Shown here: positions 39,316-48,713 of the stretch, one piece after another
How the letters are laid out: each line of letters starts with the position of its first letter
Numbering within the stretch: the stretch's first letter is position 1
Assembly (NCBI GenBank): GCA_045863395.1
Contig: BTVJ01000001.1
Span: 362,643-426,642 of the forward strand
Length of the DNA: 64,000 nt
From: Myxococcales bacterium
GTDB lineage: Bacteria; Myxococcota_A; UBA9042; JABWCM01; BTVJ01
Direction of reading: 5' to 3'
Made by a program: the position numbers and the translations under genes
The notes under the pieces: model-generated
The model's database searches: none
The model's input: the letters and a program-made list of their open reading frames with translations, nothing else
Told to the model about the DNA's origin: nothing

Positions 39316-40797
39316 GTGATCCTGCACCACAACCTGATCGGCGGGCGCTGGGTGCCCGCCCGCAGCGGCCGCACCCTCCCCAACGTCGACCCGGCGGACA
39401 CCCGCGACGTGCTCGGCACGCTCCCGGCGTCCGACGGCGGCGACGTGCAGGACGCCATCGCCGCGGCCCAGGCCGCCTTCCCGGCCTGGCGCTCCACCCC
39501 CGCGCCCCGGCGCGCCGACGTGCTGTTCCGCGCCGTCCGCATCTTCGAGCGCCGCCGCGACGAGCTCGCCCGCGCGCTCACCCGCGAGGAGGGCAAGATC
39601 CTGCGCGAGTCCCAGGGCGAGGTGCAGAAGACCATCAACGTGCTGGAGTTCATGGCCGGGGAGGGCCGCCGCATGGGCGGCCTGACCCGCCAGAGCGAGC
39701 TCCCCAACACGTTCTGCTACACCCGCCGCGACCCGCTCGGGGTGGTCGGCCTCGTCACGCCGTGGAACTTCCCGATCGCGGTGCCCACCTGGAAGATCGG
39801 CCCCGCGCTGGTCGCCGGCAACACGGTCGTCTTCAAGCCGTCGGAGCTGACCCCGTGGACCTCGCAGCTCATCTGCGAGATCTTCGAGGAGGCGGGGCTC
39901 CCCCCGGGGGTCCTGAACCTGGTCCACGGCACGGGCCCCGACGCCGGCCAGCCCCTGGTCGACCACCCGGCCATCCGGGCGGTCTCCTTCACCGGCTCGA
40001 ACCCCGTCGGCACCGCCATCGCCCGGTCCTGCGCCGCACGAGGCGCCGCCGCCCAGTGCGAGATGGGCGGCAAGAACCCGATCATCGTGCTCGCCGATGC
40101 GGACCTGGACCTCGCCGCCGAGGGGGCCGCCCAGGGCGCCTTCGGGTCCACGGGCCAGCGCTGCACGGCCACGAGCCGCGCGGTCGTCCACGCGTCCGTC
40201 GCCGACGCCTTCGTCGAGAAGGTCGCCGCGAAGCTCCGCGCCATCCGCGTGGGCAACGGCATGGACCCGGCCAGCACCATCGGCCCCGCCGTCGAAGAGA
40301 AGCAGCACCGCAAGGTGCTCTCCTATGTGGGCATCGGGCGGGAGGACGGCGCCACCCTGGTCGCCGGCGGCCGCGACCTGCGCACCGAGGCGGGCCTCGA
40401 GCATGGCTGGTTCCTGGAGCCGGCGCTCTTCGACCACGTCACGCCGTCCATGCGCATCGCCCAGGAGGAGATCTTCGGCCCCGTGCTCGCCGTCCTCCGC
40501 GTCGCGACCGTCGAGGAGGCCTTCGAGGTGTCCAACGGTGTGCGCTATGGCCTCTCGTCGTCCATCTACACCCAGGACGTGGCGCGGGTCTTCGAGTACG
40601 CGGACCGCATCGAGACCGGCATCCTGCACGTCAACTCGCCGACCATGGGCGGCGAGGCGCACCTCCCCTTCGGCGGCGTGAAGGACACGGGCATCGGTGG
40701 TCGGGAGATGAACGAGGAGGCCATCGCCTTCTTCTCGGAGCTGAAGGCGGTGTACGTGGACTACACGGGGCGCAGGCGGGACACGAACATCTACTGA
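39316..40797 (+). CDS. NAD(P)-dependent aldehyde dehydrogenase
   Basis: TPWNFP, FTGS, EMGGKNP, GQRCTA, EEIFGP, PFGG. Confidence 0.93.
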   Translation: MILHHNLIGGRWVPARSGRTLPNVDPADTRDVLGTLPASDGGDVQDAIAAAQAAFPAWRSTPAPRRADVLFRAVRIFERRRDELARALTREEGKILRESQGEVQKTINVLEFMAGEGRRMGGLTRQSELPNTFCYTRRDPLGVVGLVTPWNFPIAVPTWKIGPALVAGNTVVFKPSELTPWTSQLICEIFEEAGLPPGVLNLVHGTGPDAGQPLVDHPAIRAVSFTGSNPVGTAIARSCAARGAAAQCEMGGKNPIIVLADADLDLAAEGAAQGAFGSTGQRCTATSRAVVHASVADAFVEKVAAKLRAIRVGNGMDPASTIGPAVEEKQHRKVLSYVGIGREDGATLVAGGRDLRTEAGLEHGWFLEPALFDHVTPSMRIAQEEIFGPVLAVLRVATVEEAFEVSNGVRYGLSSSIYTQDVARVFEYADRIETGILHVNSPTMGGEAHLPFGGVKDTGIGGREMNEEAIAFFSELKAVYVDYTGRRRDTNIY

Positions 40798-40831
40798 GCG
40801 CGCCCCCGGGGAGACGCCCCCAGAACCACCG

Positions 40832-42115
40832 TCAGTGCTGCAGCCGCTGCGGGTTGCCCGCCACCGCCTCACCCCGCGCGACCAGCTCGTTCCAGGTGAC
40901 TCGGTCGCCCTTGCGGCGCTCCACCATGTCGATGCAGCCGGGGACGGGGCACACCAGGTGGCACAGGTTGCAGCCCACGCACGTGTCCTGGTCCACCCGC
41001 GGCACCCGCGGCCGCTCCCCGCCCCGGTCGAGGCGGATCACGTCGTGGGACCCGTCGCGGCACGCCGTGTAGCACACCTGGCACTCGATGCACTTCTCCT
41101 CGTGGATGTGGGCGACCACGTGGTGGTTGAGGTCGAGGTCACCCCACTCCAGGTAGTTGCGCACGGCCTTGCCGACGAGCTGGTGCACGCTGGTCACCCC
41201 GTGGGAGTCCATGTAGTCGGACAGGCCCTCGATCATGTCCTCCACGATGCGGAACCCGTAGTGCATGACCGCCGTGCACACCTGCACCGTCGTCGCCCCG
41301 AGCAGGATGAACTCCAGCGCGTCCCGCCAGTTGGAGACGCCCCCGATGCCGCTGATCGGCGTCGTCCGGGTGGCCGGGTCCCGCGCCAGCGCCGCGATCA
41401 TGTGCATGGCGATGGGCTTGACCGCCGGCCCGCAGTAGCCGCCGTTGGTCGACTGCCCCCCCACGTTGGGGATGGGCACGAGGTTCTCGATGTCCACCGC
41501 CATGATGGACTTGATGGTGTTGATCAGCGCGAGGCCGTCCGCCCCGCCCCGCACGGCGGCCGCCCCGGGGACCGTGATGTCCGAGATGTTGGGCGTCAGC
41601 TTGATGAGCACCGGGACCGTGCTGTACTCCTTGGCCCAGCTCGTGATCGTCTCGCAGACGCTGGCCTCCTGGCCAACGGCGCTGCCCATGCCGCGCTCGC
41701 ACATGCCATGGGGGCACCCGAAGTTCAGCTCCAGGCCGTCCGCCCCCGCATCGATGGAGCGCTTGATGATGTCCCGCCACTCCTCCTTGGTCTCCACCAT
41801 CAGCGACGCCACCACCGCGTGCTTCGGGTAGCGCTTCTTGACCTCGGAGATCTCGCGGAAGTTGACCTCCAGCGGCCGGTCCGTGATGAGCTCGATGTTG
41901 TTGAGCCCCATCATCCGCGTCCCGTGGTAGTCCATGGCCGCGTAGCGCGAGCTCACGTTGCGGATCGGGTCCCCGAGCGTCTTCCACACGGCCCCGCCCC
42001 ACCCCGCGTCGAACGCCCGCATCACCTGATCGCCGGTGTTCGTCGGCGGCGCCGACGCCAGCCAGAACGGGTTGGGCGACGCGATCCCCGCCATGTTGAC
42101 CCGCAGATCCGCCAT
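40832..42115 (-). CDS. preA: NAD-dependent dihydropyrimidine dehydrogenase subunit PreA
   Basis: NPFWLASAPPT, NNIELI, ELNFGCPHGM, KLTPN, C-terminal 2x[4Fe-4S] motifs. Confidence 0.93.
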   Translation of the reverse strand: MADLRVNMAGIASPNPFWLASAPPTNTGDQVMRAFDAGWGGAVWKTLGDPIRNVSSRYAAMDYHGTRMMGLNNIELITDRPLEVNFREISEVKKRYPKHAVVASLMVETKEEWRDIIKRSIDAGADGLELNFGCPHGMCERGMGSAVGQEASVCETITSWAKEYSTVPVLIKLTPNISDITVPGAAAVRGGADGLALINTIKSIMAVDIENLVPIPNVGGQSTNGGYCGPAVKPIAMHMIAALARDPATRTTPISGIGGVSNWRDALEFILLGATTVQVCTAVMHYGFRIVEDMIEGLSDYMDSHGVTSVHQLVGKAVRNYLEWGDLDLNHHVVAHIHEEKCIECQVCYTACRDGSHDVIRLDRGGERPRVPRVDQDTCVGCNLCHLVCPVPGCIDMVERRKGDRVTWNELVARGEAVAGNPQRLQH

Positions 42116-42124
42116 CTCTGCCTC

Positions 42125-43483
42125 CTACTGCGCCATGATGGCGTCGTGGATCCCATGCGCCGCGCGCTTGCCGTCGGCCGCCGCGTTGACGACCTCCTTG
42201 CCGCCGTTCACGCAGTCGCCGCCTGACCACACGCGCGGGTTGCCCGTGCACCCCCGCTCGTCGACGACCACGCGCCCGCCCCGGTCCACCTCGACCCCGG
42301 GGAACAGCGCCAGCAGCTCCGCCAGCTTGCTCTGCCCCACCGCCAGCACCACCAGGTCCGCGGGGAGCTCGTGCTCCGAGCCAGCCACCGGCCGCGGCGA
42401 GCGCCGCCCGCTGGCGTCGGGCTCCCCGAGCGCCATGTCCACGACGCGCACCTTCTCCACCCGCCCGTCCCCGAGGTAGGCCACCGGGTTGCTCAGGAAC
42501 CGGAACTTCGCCCCCTCGAGCCGCGCGGCCGCCAGCTCGTGGCGGTAGCCGGGCATCTCGTCCTCGGAGCGCCGGTAGACCATCGTCACGTCGGGCACGC
42601 CCAGGCGCCGGAGCTGCCTCACCACGTCCAGCGCGGTGTTGCCGCCGCCGACGACCACCGCGGAGGCCGCGACCACGTCGAAGCGCGGCGCGTTCTTGAA
42701 CCGCTCGATGAGCTCGACGGCCCCGACGACCCCGGCGAGGTCCTCGCCGGGGACCTTCGTGAGCCCGTCAGGCCCGAGGCCCACCCCGAGGAACACGGCG
42801 TCGTAGTCCGCGAGCAGGCTCTCCGCCGACACGTCTCGCCCCACCTCCACGCCGGTGCGGATGTCCATGCCGATGGCGGTGACCCACTCCGCCTCCACCA
42901 GCGCGTAGTCTGCCTTCATCTTGTAGGGCGCGACGCCGGTCGTGTTCAGTCCGCCCACCAGGCCGCGCTTCTCGAGCAGCGTCACCTCGTGGCCCAGCCG
43001 CCGCAGCTCGTGGGCGCACGCCAGCGAGGCCGGCCCCGCCCCGATCAGCGCCACCTTCCGGCCCGTCGGCGCCCCGGCCGCGAACAACTGGATCCCCCGG
43101 TCCACCACCTGATCCGTCGCAAACCGCTGGAGCTTCCCGATCTGGATGGGCGGCCGCCCCATGTCGTTGTAGACGCACTCCCCGACGCACAGTACCTCGA
43201 CAGGGCACACCCGCGCGCAGGACGCCCCGAGGATGTTCGCGTCCAGGATCGTCCGCGCCGCCCCCCTCACGTTGCCGGTGGAGATCTTGCGGATGAAGCC
43301 CGGGATGTCGATGTGGGTCGGGCAGATGCGTGTGCAGGGCGCGTCGTGGCAGAACAGGCACCGCAGGGCCTCCGCCACGGCCTGCCCCTCGTCGAGCGGC
43401 TTCTTCCACTCGCCCATGTCCCGCTCCAGGCGGTCGTCGGGCAGGGGTCCGAAGTGCCCCGTGGGGCTGGGAGTTGCGCTCAT
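42125..43483 (-). CDS. preT: Dihydropyrimidine dehydrogenase subunit PreT (GltD-like)
   Basis: RCLFCHDAPC...CP, CARVCP, IGAGPA, GGGNTALD; directly upstream of preA. Confidence 0.9.
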   Translation of the reverse strand: MSATPSPTGHFGPLPDDRLERDMGEWKKPLDEGQAVAEALRCLFCHDAPCTRICPTHIDIPGFIRKISTGNVRGAARTILDANILGASCARVCPVEVLCVGECVYNDMGRPPIQIGKLQRFATDQVVDRGIQLFAAGAPTGRKVALIGAGPASLACAHELRRLGHEVTLLEKRGLVGGLNTTGVAPYKMKADYALVEAEWVTAIGMDIRTGVEVGRDVSAESLLADYDAVFLGVGLGPDGLTKVPGEDLAGVVGAVELIERFKNAPRFDVVAASAVVVGGGNTALDVVRQLRRLGVPDVTMVYRRSEDEMPGYRHELAAARLEGAKFRFLSNPVAYLGDGRVEKVRVVDMALGEPDASGRRSPRPVAGSEHELPADLVVLAVGQSKLAELLALFPGVEVDRGGRVVVDERGCTGNPRVWSGGDCVNGGKEVVNAAADGKRAAHGIHDAIMAQ

Positions 43484-43576
43484 GGCCACCTCGCGTCGGT
43501 TGCAGCGGAGGCTGAATGTCCCAAGGATTCGGGAGGCTGTCAACCCGCGGAGCGACCTGGACAGCGGCGGCGGCCC

Positions 43577-44194
43577 CTACCGGAACAGGTCGAGCGACCC
43601 CTTGCCCTCGCGCACGACGACCGGGTCGGGCCCCGTGAAGTCGATGATCGTCGACGGCTGCGGATAGATCGCCCCCGCGTCCACCACGTAGTCCACGTCC
43701 CTCCCGAGGCGCGTCGACAGCTCGATGGGGTCGTCGATGGCGTTGTCCTCGTCGTGGGTCACCGACGTCGCGAGCAGCGGCGTCGCCAGCTCCCGCAGCA
43801 CCGCCAGCGCCACCGGGTGGTCCGGCATGCGGCACCCGATGGTGGTCCGCTTCTCCAGAGCGCCGGGCGGCAGCCGCTTCGAGGCCTCCAGGATGTACGT
43901 GTAGGGCCCCGGCAGCGTGCGCTTCATCACGCGGAACGCCGCGTTGGGGATGCCCCGCGTGTAGTCCGTGATGGACGACAGGTCCGGGAACAGCACGCTG
44001 AGCGGCTTGCCGGCGGCGGAGTTCTTGATGCGGTAGATGGTCTCGAGCGCCCCCTTGTGCTCGATGCTGCACACGATGGCGTACACCGTGTCCGTGGGCA
44101 GGATCAGCACCGCGCCGTCGTTGATGGCGGCGACCACGCGGCGCACCATCCACGGCTCGGGGGCATAGGGGTTCAATGAGATGAGCTCTGCCAT
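43577..44194 (-). CDS. Sua5/YrdC/YciO family (L-threonylcarbamoyladenylate synthase-like) protein
   Basis: LPTDTVYA, IYRIK, PGPYTYIL, IGCRMPD, PSTIID, VREGKG. Pattern is closer to the YciO subgroup. Confidence 0.88.
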   Translation of the reverse strand: MAELISLNPYAPEPWMVRRVVAAINDGAVLILPTDTVYAIVCSIEHKGALETIYRIKNSAAGKPLSVLFPDLSSITDYTRGIPNAAFRVMKRTLPGPYTYILEASKRLPPGALEKRTTIGCRMPDHPVALAVLRELATPLLATSVTHDEDNAIDDPIELSTRLGRDVDYVVDAGAIYPQPSTIIDFTGPDPVVVREGKGSLDLFR

Positions 44195-44201
44195 GGGGGC
44201 C

Positions 44202-44264
44202 AACCTAGTCACGCGCCGGAGAGCCTGTCAAGCGATTGAATCCGCGCGAACGATCCGCTAGGGT
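44202..44264. promoter_or_regulatory. Divergent sigma70-like promoters
   Basis: Minus strand TTGACA-N18-TAGGTT (44231-44202); plus strand TTGAAT-N17-TAGGGT (44236-44264). Confidence 0.45.
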
Positions 44265-44273
44265 CCGGCCCCC

Positions 44274-45551
44274 GTGGCTGACTCCATCCCCCAGGCCGAC
44301 CAGATCACAGGCCGCGTGCTGCTCCCGCCGACGTCGCACGGGCTCGCGCTCGTGCAGGGCGCGGCCCGCCTCGCCGTCCGCTTCACGGAGCCCCCGGCGG
44401 CGCTCCCCGAGCCCGGCGACGTCGTTGCGGTGACCGGCGCCCCCGTCGACGGCGCCTTCGAGGCACACTCCCTGGTCGTCCTCGCGCCCTACCAGGGCCC
44501 CCGCCCCTTCCCGCAGCCCGGCTCCGACTGGTACCGCCTGCACAGGAACGGCGCCCAGCTCTTTCGAGCCGTGGAGCAGCGCGCGCGGCTCCTCCGGGCC
44601 CTGCGCGCCTGGTTCGACGCCCGCGGCTTCATCGAGGTGGACACGCCGGCGCTGGCGACCAGCCCCGGCCTGGAGGTCCACCTGGACGCCGTGCCCGCCA
44701 CGCCGCGCCTCGGCTTCGGCGCGCCGCCGTCCGAGCGCTGGCTCGTGACGTCTCCCGAGTACCACATGAAGCGCCTGCTCTCGGCGGGCTTCGACCGCAT
44801 CTACCAGCTCGGCAAGGCCTTCCGCAGCGGCGAGGTCGGCCGCCTCCACAACGTGGAGTTCACCCTCCTCGAGTGGTACCGCGCTCCCGGCACCTGGGAC
44901 GACGTGGTCTGCGACACGGAGCAGCTCGTCCTCTCGGCCGCACAGACCCTCGGCGTCGGCCCGCAGGTCCCCTACGGCGGCCACCTCGTCGACCTCACCC
45001 CCCCCTGGCCCCGCCTGACCGTGCGCGAGGCCATCCAGCGCTTCGCCGGCTTCGACCCCTGGCCCTGGACGGACGCAGACTCCCTCCGCGCGAGGGCCGT
45101 CCGTGCCGGCATCGCCGCCGAGGACGAGCCCGAGCCCGCCGACATCCTGGTGCGCACCCTGGTCGAGCGCGTGGAGCCTGCCCTGCCGGGCCACGCCCCG
45201 GTGGTCCTGACCCACTGGCCGGCCTGCATGGCCTCCCTGGCACGCCGCGTCCCCGGCGACCCGGAGGTGTCCGAGCGCTTCGAGGTCTACCTGGGCGGAA
45301 TGGAGCTGGCCAACGGCTTCGGGGAGCTGCTGGACGCGGACGAGCAGCGCGCCCGCCTCCGCGCCGACCTGGACGCCCGCGCCCGGCGCGGCCTGCCTGC
45401 CTACCCCATCGACGAGCGCTTCCTGGGGGCCCTCGCCACCGGCTGCCCCCCCGCGGGGGGAAACGCGCTGGGGGTGGACCGCCTGCTCATGTTTCTCACG
45501 GGGGCAACCGATGTAGCTCAAGTTGTATCGTTCATGGCGCCTGATGCGTAA
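44274..45551 (+). CDS. epmA: EF-P lysine aminoacylase EpmA (GenX/PoxA) with N-terminal extension
   Basis: GFIEVDTP, LVTSPEYHMKRLL, FRSGE...HNVEFTLLEWYR, ERFEVY, ELANGF, ALGVDRL. Confidence 0.9.
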   Translation: MADSIPQADQITGRVLLPPTSHGLALVQGAARLAVRFTEPPAALPEPGDVVAVTGAPVDGAFEAHSLVVLAPYQGPRPFPQPGSDWYRLHRNGAQLFRAVEQRARLLRALRAWFDARGFIEVDTPALATSPGLEVHLDAVPATPRLGFGAPPSERWLVTSPEYHMKRLLSAGFDRIYQLGKAFRSGEVGRLHNVEFTLLEWYRAPGTWDDVVCDTEQLVLSAAQTLGVGPQVPYGGHLVDLTPPWPRLTVREAIQRFAGFDPWPWTDADSLRARAVRAGIAAEDEPEPADILVRTLVERVEPALPGHAPVVLTHWPACMASLARRVPGDPEVSERFEVYLGGMELANGFGELLDADEQRARLRADLDARARRGLPAYPIDERFLGALATGCPPAGGNALGVDRLLMFLTGATDVAQVVSFMAPDA

Positions 45552-45643
45552 CCACACCTGGGATTGGAGGCGCGCCGGTTACGATGGGCGCAGGAACCGA
45601 GGGATCGTCGAGAGAGCGGGAGTGAATCGGGCCGCGTTTTTTG

Positions 45644-45672
45644 TTGCAACGACCGGGAGCGCCGCATAGGAT
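45644..45672 (+). promoter_or_regulatory. Sigma70-like promoter
   Basis: TTGCAA-N17-TAGGAT preceded by a T-tract. Confidence 0.5.
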
Positions 45673-46283
45673 GCCCCGTGTAGGTCGCAAGACGCAGGAC
45701 AATCACTGCGTTACGATTCCGGCCATCGCGCCAGTCCCCGGGCCGGTAACAGACACAGTCACCGATTCAGAAGAGGCACCCACGGTTGGTGCCTGTGGTC
45801 CATGAAGTCAGGCATCCGCCTGCGCCGCCCCGAGAGGACCACCCAGCCGAGCCGCAGCCCGCGCCACGCGGAGGGCGAGGCGCGGAAGGCGCCGGGGCCC
45901 TCGTGAGGGACGGTGCAGGCAGCCCGGGGGGCGGAGCGCAGCAGATCGGCGCGTCGGCCATCAGCGGGGGAGCCCACCGCGCGCCAGACCGGCCGTGAAT
46001 GGGGCGCGCGGCCGGCACCAGACGTGAAGAGGTCGGGGAATCCGGTGCATCAGGAAGCAGGCGGCCTCAGGGCTGCTCCGCGAGCGCGCTCCACGTTGGG
46101 AGCGCCGCTCGACCGGGAGCGCCCCAGGCCGGCCAACCCGACGAGAGGACGCCGCCGTGGTGGGTCACGGCGTGCACGGGAGACCGCTGGGAGGCGGGCT
46201 CCAGCAGCGAGCCCCCGCGCAGGCACCTCGCCTTGTGCGGCGGCTCCGTTCGGCCCGCCCCGTCCAGGGGCAGGGAGGCAGCA

Positions 46284-46700
46284 GTGAGCGCAGAAGAGAA
46301 GCGACGCATGGTCGATGTCAGCAGGGATGGGTCGCGCCCGGTGCGGCGCGTGGTGTCCGTCCGTGGGGGCGACGCCTCCAATGGCACGCCGATGACGGCA
46401 CCGTCCGACCGCAAGGCCGTTCAGCGCGCAGCGGCGTCCATGTTCTCGGGCCTCGGCGCGGCGCGCGTCGCGGCGCCCGTGAACCCGGACCGCAAGCGGT
46501 GGGAGGAGGCGACGTCCGACCTGACGTCCATCCACGGCCGCCCCTACGATCCGGGCCGCGCCTACCACGAGGGCGACATCATCCTCCACAAGCAGTTCGG
46601 GATGGGCGTCGTCGAGGGGCGGCAGGAGGCGGACGGAAGCATCGACGTGCTGTTCCGCGACGGGAGCCAGGTCCTGGCCGCGAGCGCCTCGGAAGAGTGA
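46284..46700 (+). CDS. Small hypothetical protein with C-terminal Tudor/SH3-like domain (HxxFGxGxV motif)
   Basis: GGGAGG RBS before GTG; YHEGDIILHKQFGMGVV...IDVLF resembles UvrD/PcrA C-terminal-like domains. Confidence 0.65.
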   Translation: MSAEEKRRMVDVSRDGSRPVRRVVSVRGGDASNGTPMTAPSDRKAVQRAAASMFSGLGAARVAAPVNPDRKRWEEATSDLTSIHGRPYDPGRAYHEGDIILHKQFGMGVVEGRQEADGSIDVLFRDGSQVLAASASEE

Positions 46701-46919
46701 GCCGAGGGCGGCGCCGTCTCCGCACTGCGGGGATCCGGCGCCTGTAGCCAGGGGCCGCGTCGGCGCGCCAGGCAGCGTGGCTGCGGCGTGGGCGCCATGC
46801 TCCCTGCACCTCCGGCCAGGTCTCCTCCGAATCACGCACCGCAATCGCTCCTCCGAGCCGGCGACGGCGAGCGCCGAGGTGCGCCAATGGCGCCGGCACC
46901 GCGCGAAGCCGGTGCGGGA

Positions 46920-48572
46920 TCAGGGCGCTGCGGCGTCGTATGCCCCGAACTCCACGGCGTAGAGCGCAGCGGCGTGGCGGCCCAGGTCGTCGGCCGACAG
47001 CGCCGCGATGGCGGCCAGGGCCCCGGTCCAGCCGTCGTCGTCGGGCGCGGCGGTGACCAGGGTGGCGTCGGTCGCTCCGAGCGCCGCCCCCAGCCCGGCG
47101 ATGATCGTGCGCCCTGCCCACGCCTCGTTGGTGCCGTCGTAGCGCCGGTCGCACGCGTAGGCGTGGAGCGTCAGCGCGTGGAAGAAGCGCAGGCCCTCCC
47201 CCTCCGCCAGCTCGGCCAGGTAGGCGCTCGCCTCGTGGTTCGCCCCGGAGACCGTGTTGTGCGACATGCGCTCCAGCTCCAGGCGCGCCTTCAGGTCCTG
47301 CTTGTCGCGCAGGTGGTACTGGCCCCTCAGGTCGGAGAGCAGCGCGCGCACTCCCCGCGCCAGGGGGATCCCTCGCCGGTGGTCGACCACGTGCCGCACC
47401 TCGTGGTGGGCCACGGCCCGGCGCAGGAGCGCCGCCATCGCCGTGCCGCACGACGGCGCCCCGGCGTCCTCACAGGCGGCCCCCGTCGCCGCCCGGAGCT
47501 CCGACTGCATCGCGGTGACCACGCCGGCGAGCACGTCCTCGTCCGCCCCATACTCGATGCGCGCGCTCGCCCACCGCCCCGAGCAGTCCCGCGCAGGCTC
47601 CCCGAGGCACTGCGAGAGCTCCCTGGCCTTGTCCTCGATGTTGTCCACGAGCAGCACCGCCCGCGCGACGCCCGTGGTCCGGTGCCCGAGCATCAGCTCC
47701 TGGACGTTGAGCGTGTCCAGGCGCCGCGCCGCCAGGGCCTCGATGGGCGTGCCCCCGACCCGCAGCACGACGGGCTCCTCCAGGGCATAGGTCATCACGT
47801 AGGTCTCCTTGCGCCCGTCGCCGTAGCTCGACCCGTTGACCGTGGCCCAGTAGGGCACGTGGCGTCGCTCCAGGGAGAGGTTCAGCAGGTCTCCTGCCAC
47901 GACCACCGCCCGGTCGTCGTCCTCCTCCAAGGCCGTGAAGAGGGAGCCGAGCGCCTCGCGGATCTCGAGCGGGGTGGGCGCCGCCAGCACCGCGTCGCGC
48001 GCCGCCTTCCAGGCGCCGTCCTGGGGCCAGGTCGTCCGGTCGAGGCGGCGGGCCTGGTCGAGGGCGATGATCGCCTTCGGGAGCAGGCCGGCGAACACCG
48101 CGCGAACGGCCTCCACCTCGGGCGCGGAGGCGGGCTCCAGCAGAGAAGCGTCCGCGACCCGCACCCGCACGTCCGTGGACTCGACGCTGGAGAACGGCCC
48201 CCCGTCGAGGCGCACCGACATGGTGTACCACCCCGGCGGGAGCTGGCGGACGTCGGCGACGAGCTCGGTGAGGATCGCGCTCCCCGGCTCCGCCCAGCGG
48301 TCCGCCGGTACGGGGGCGTGGCCGACCACGCGCCCGTCCATGGTGATCTCCACGCTGGCCGGGCGCCGGGTCCCCGACAGGGCCACGTCCACGTGGAAGG
48401 ACGACGCGACCAGGGTGCCGTCCCTGGGCGACAGGATGGCGACCCTCCAGGAGCCGCCGAGCAGGCGCCACCCCACGGCGCCGCCAATCCCCAGGACCAG
48501 CAGGCCGATCACGACCCAGCCCTTGATCTGGACAGGCCGCGGGCGCCGGGCGATGGGTTCGAGCAGCGACAT
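46920..48572 (-). CDS. Membrane-anchored hypothetical protein with HExxH motif (putative zinc metallopeptidase)
   Basis: N-terminal TM, Ig-like segment, AHHEVRHVVD and downstream HEASAYL. Confidence 0.55.
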   Translation of the reverse strand: MSLLEPIARRPRPVQIKGWVVIGLLVLGIGGAVGWRLLGGSWRVAILSPRDGTLVASSFHVDVALSGTRRPASVEITMDGRVVGHAPVPADRWAEPGSAILTELVADVRQLPPGWYTMSVRLDGGPFSSVESTDVRVRVADASLLEPASAPEVEAVRAVFAGLLPKAIIALDQARRLDRTTWPQDGAWKAARDAVLAAPTPLEIREALGSLFTALEEDDDRAVVVAGDLLNLSLERRHVPYWATVNGSSYGDGRKETYVMTYALEEPVVLRVGGTPIEALAARRLDTLNVQELMLGHRTTGVARAVLLVDNIEDKARELSQCLGEPARDCSGRWASARIEYGADEDVLAGVVTAMQSELRAATGAACEDAGAPSCGTAMAALLRRAVAHHEVRHVVDHRRGIPLARGVRALLSDLRGQYHLRDKQDLKARLELERMSHNTVSGANHEASAYLAELAEGEGLRFFHALTLHAYACDRRYDGTNEAWAGRTIIAGLGAALGATDATLVTAAPDDDGWTGALAAIAALSADDLGRHAAALYAVEFGAYDAAAP

Positions 48573-48713
48573 GGGGAGAGCATACCACGGCCGTCGGAAT
48601 TGCCGAGCTTTCGGCTGTGCGCCGCAGATCCTCGCGCCGGACGCCACGGCAGGGCTCGACGGCGCTCCCGGATCCTGGCAGTCTAGCGCGCCGACCCGAC
48701 TGGAGGAGGACCC

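Noticed and set aside
45802..45906. 34-aa ORF starting MKSGI, superficially like ribosomal protein L31
   Set aside because: No further L31 similarity, no clear RBS, low-complexity translation.
46036..46047. GGGAATCCGGTG resembling a cobalamin riboswitch core
   Set aside because: The complementary CCGG stem, the downstream CCCGC/ACTGT elements and a B12-related gene are all absent.
48385..48400. ACGTCCACGTGGAAGG parS-like sequence
   Set aside because: Several mismatches to the parS consensus and lies within a CDS.
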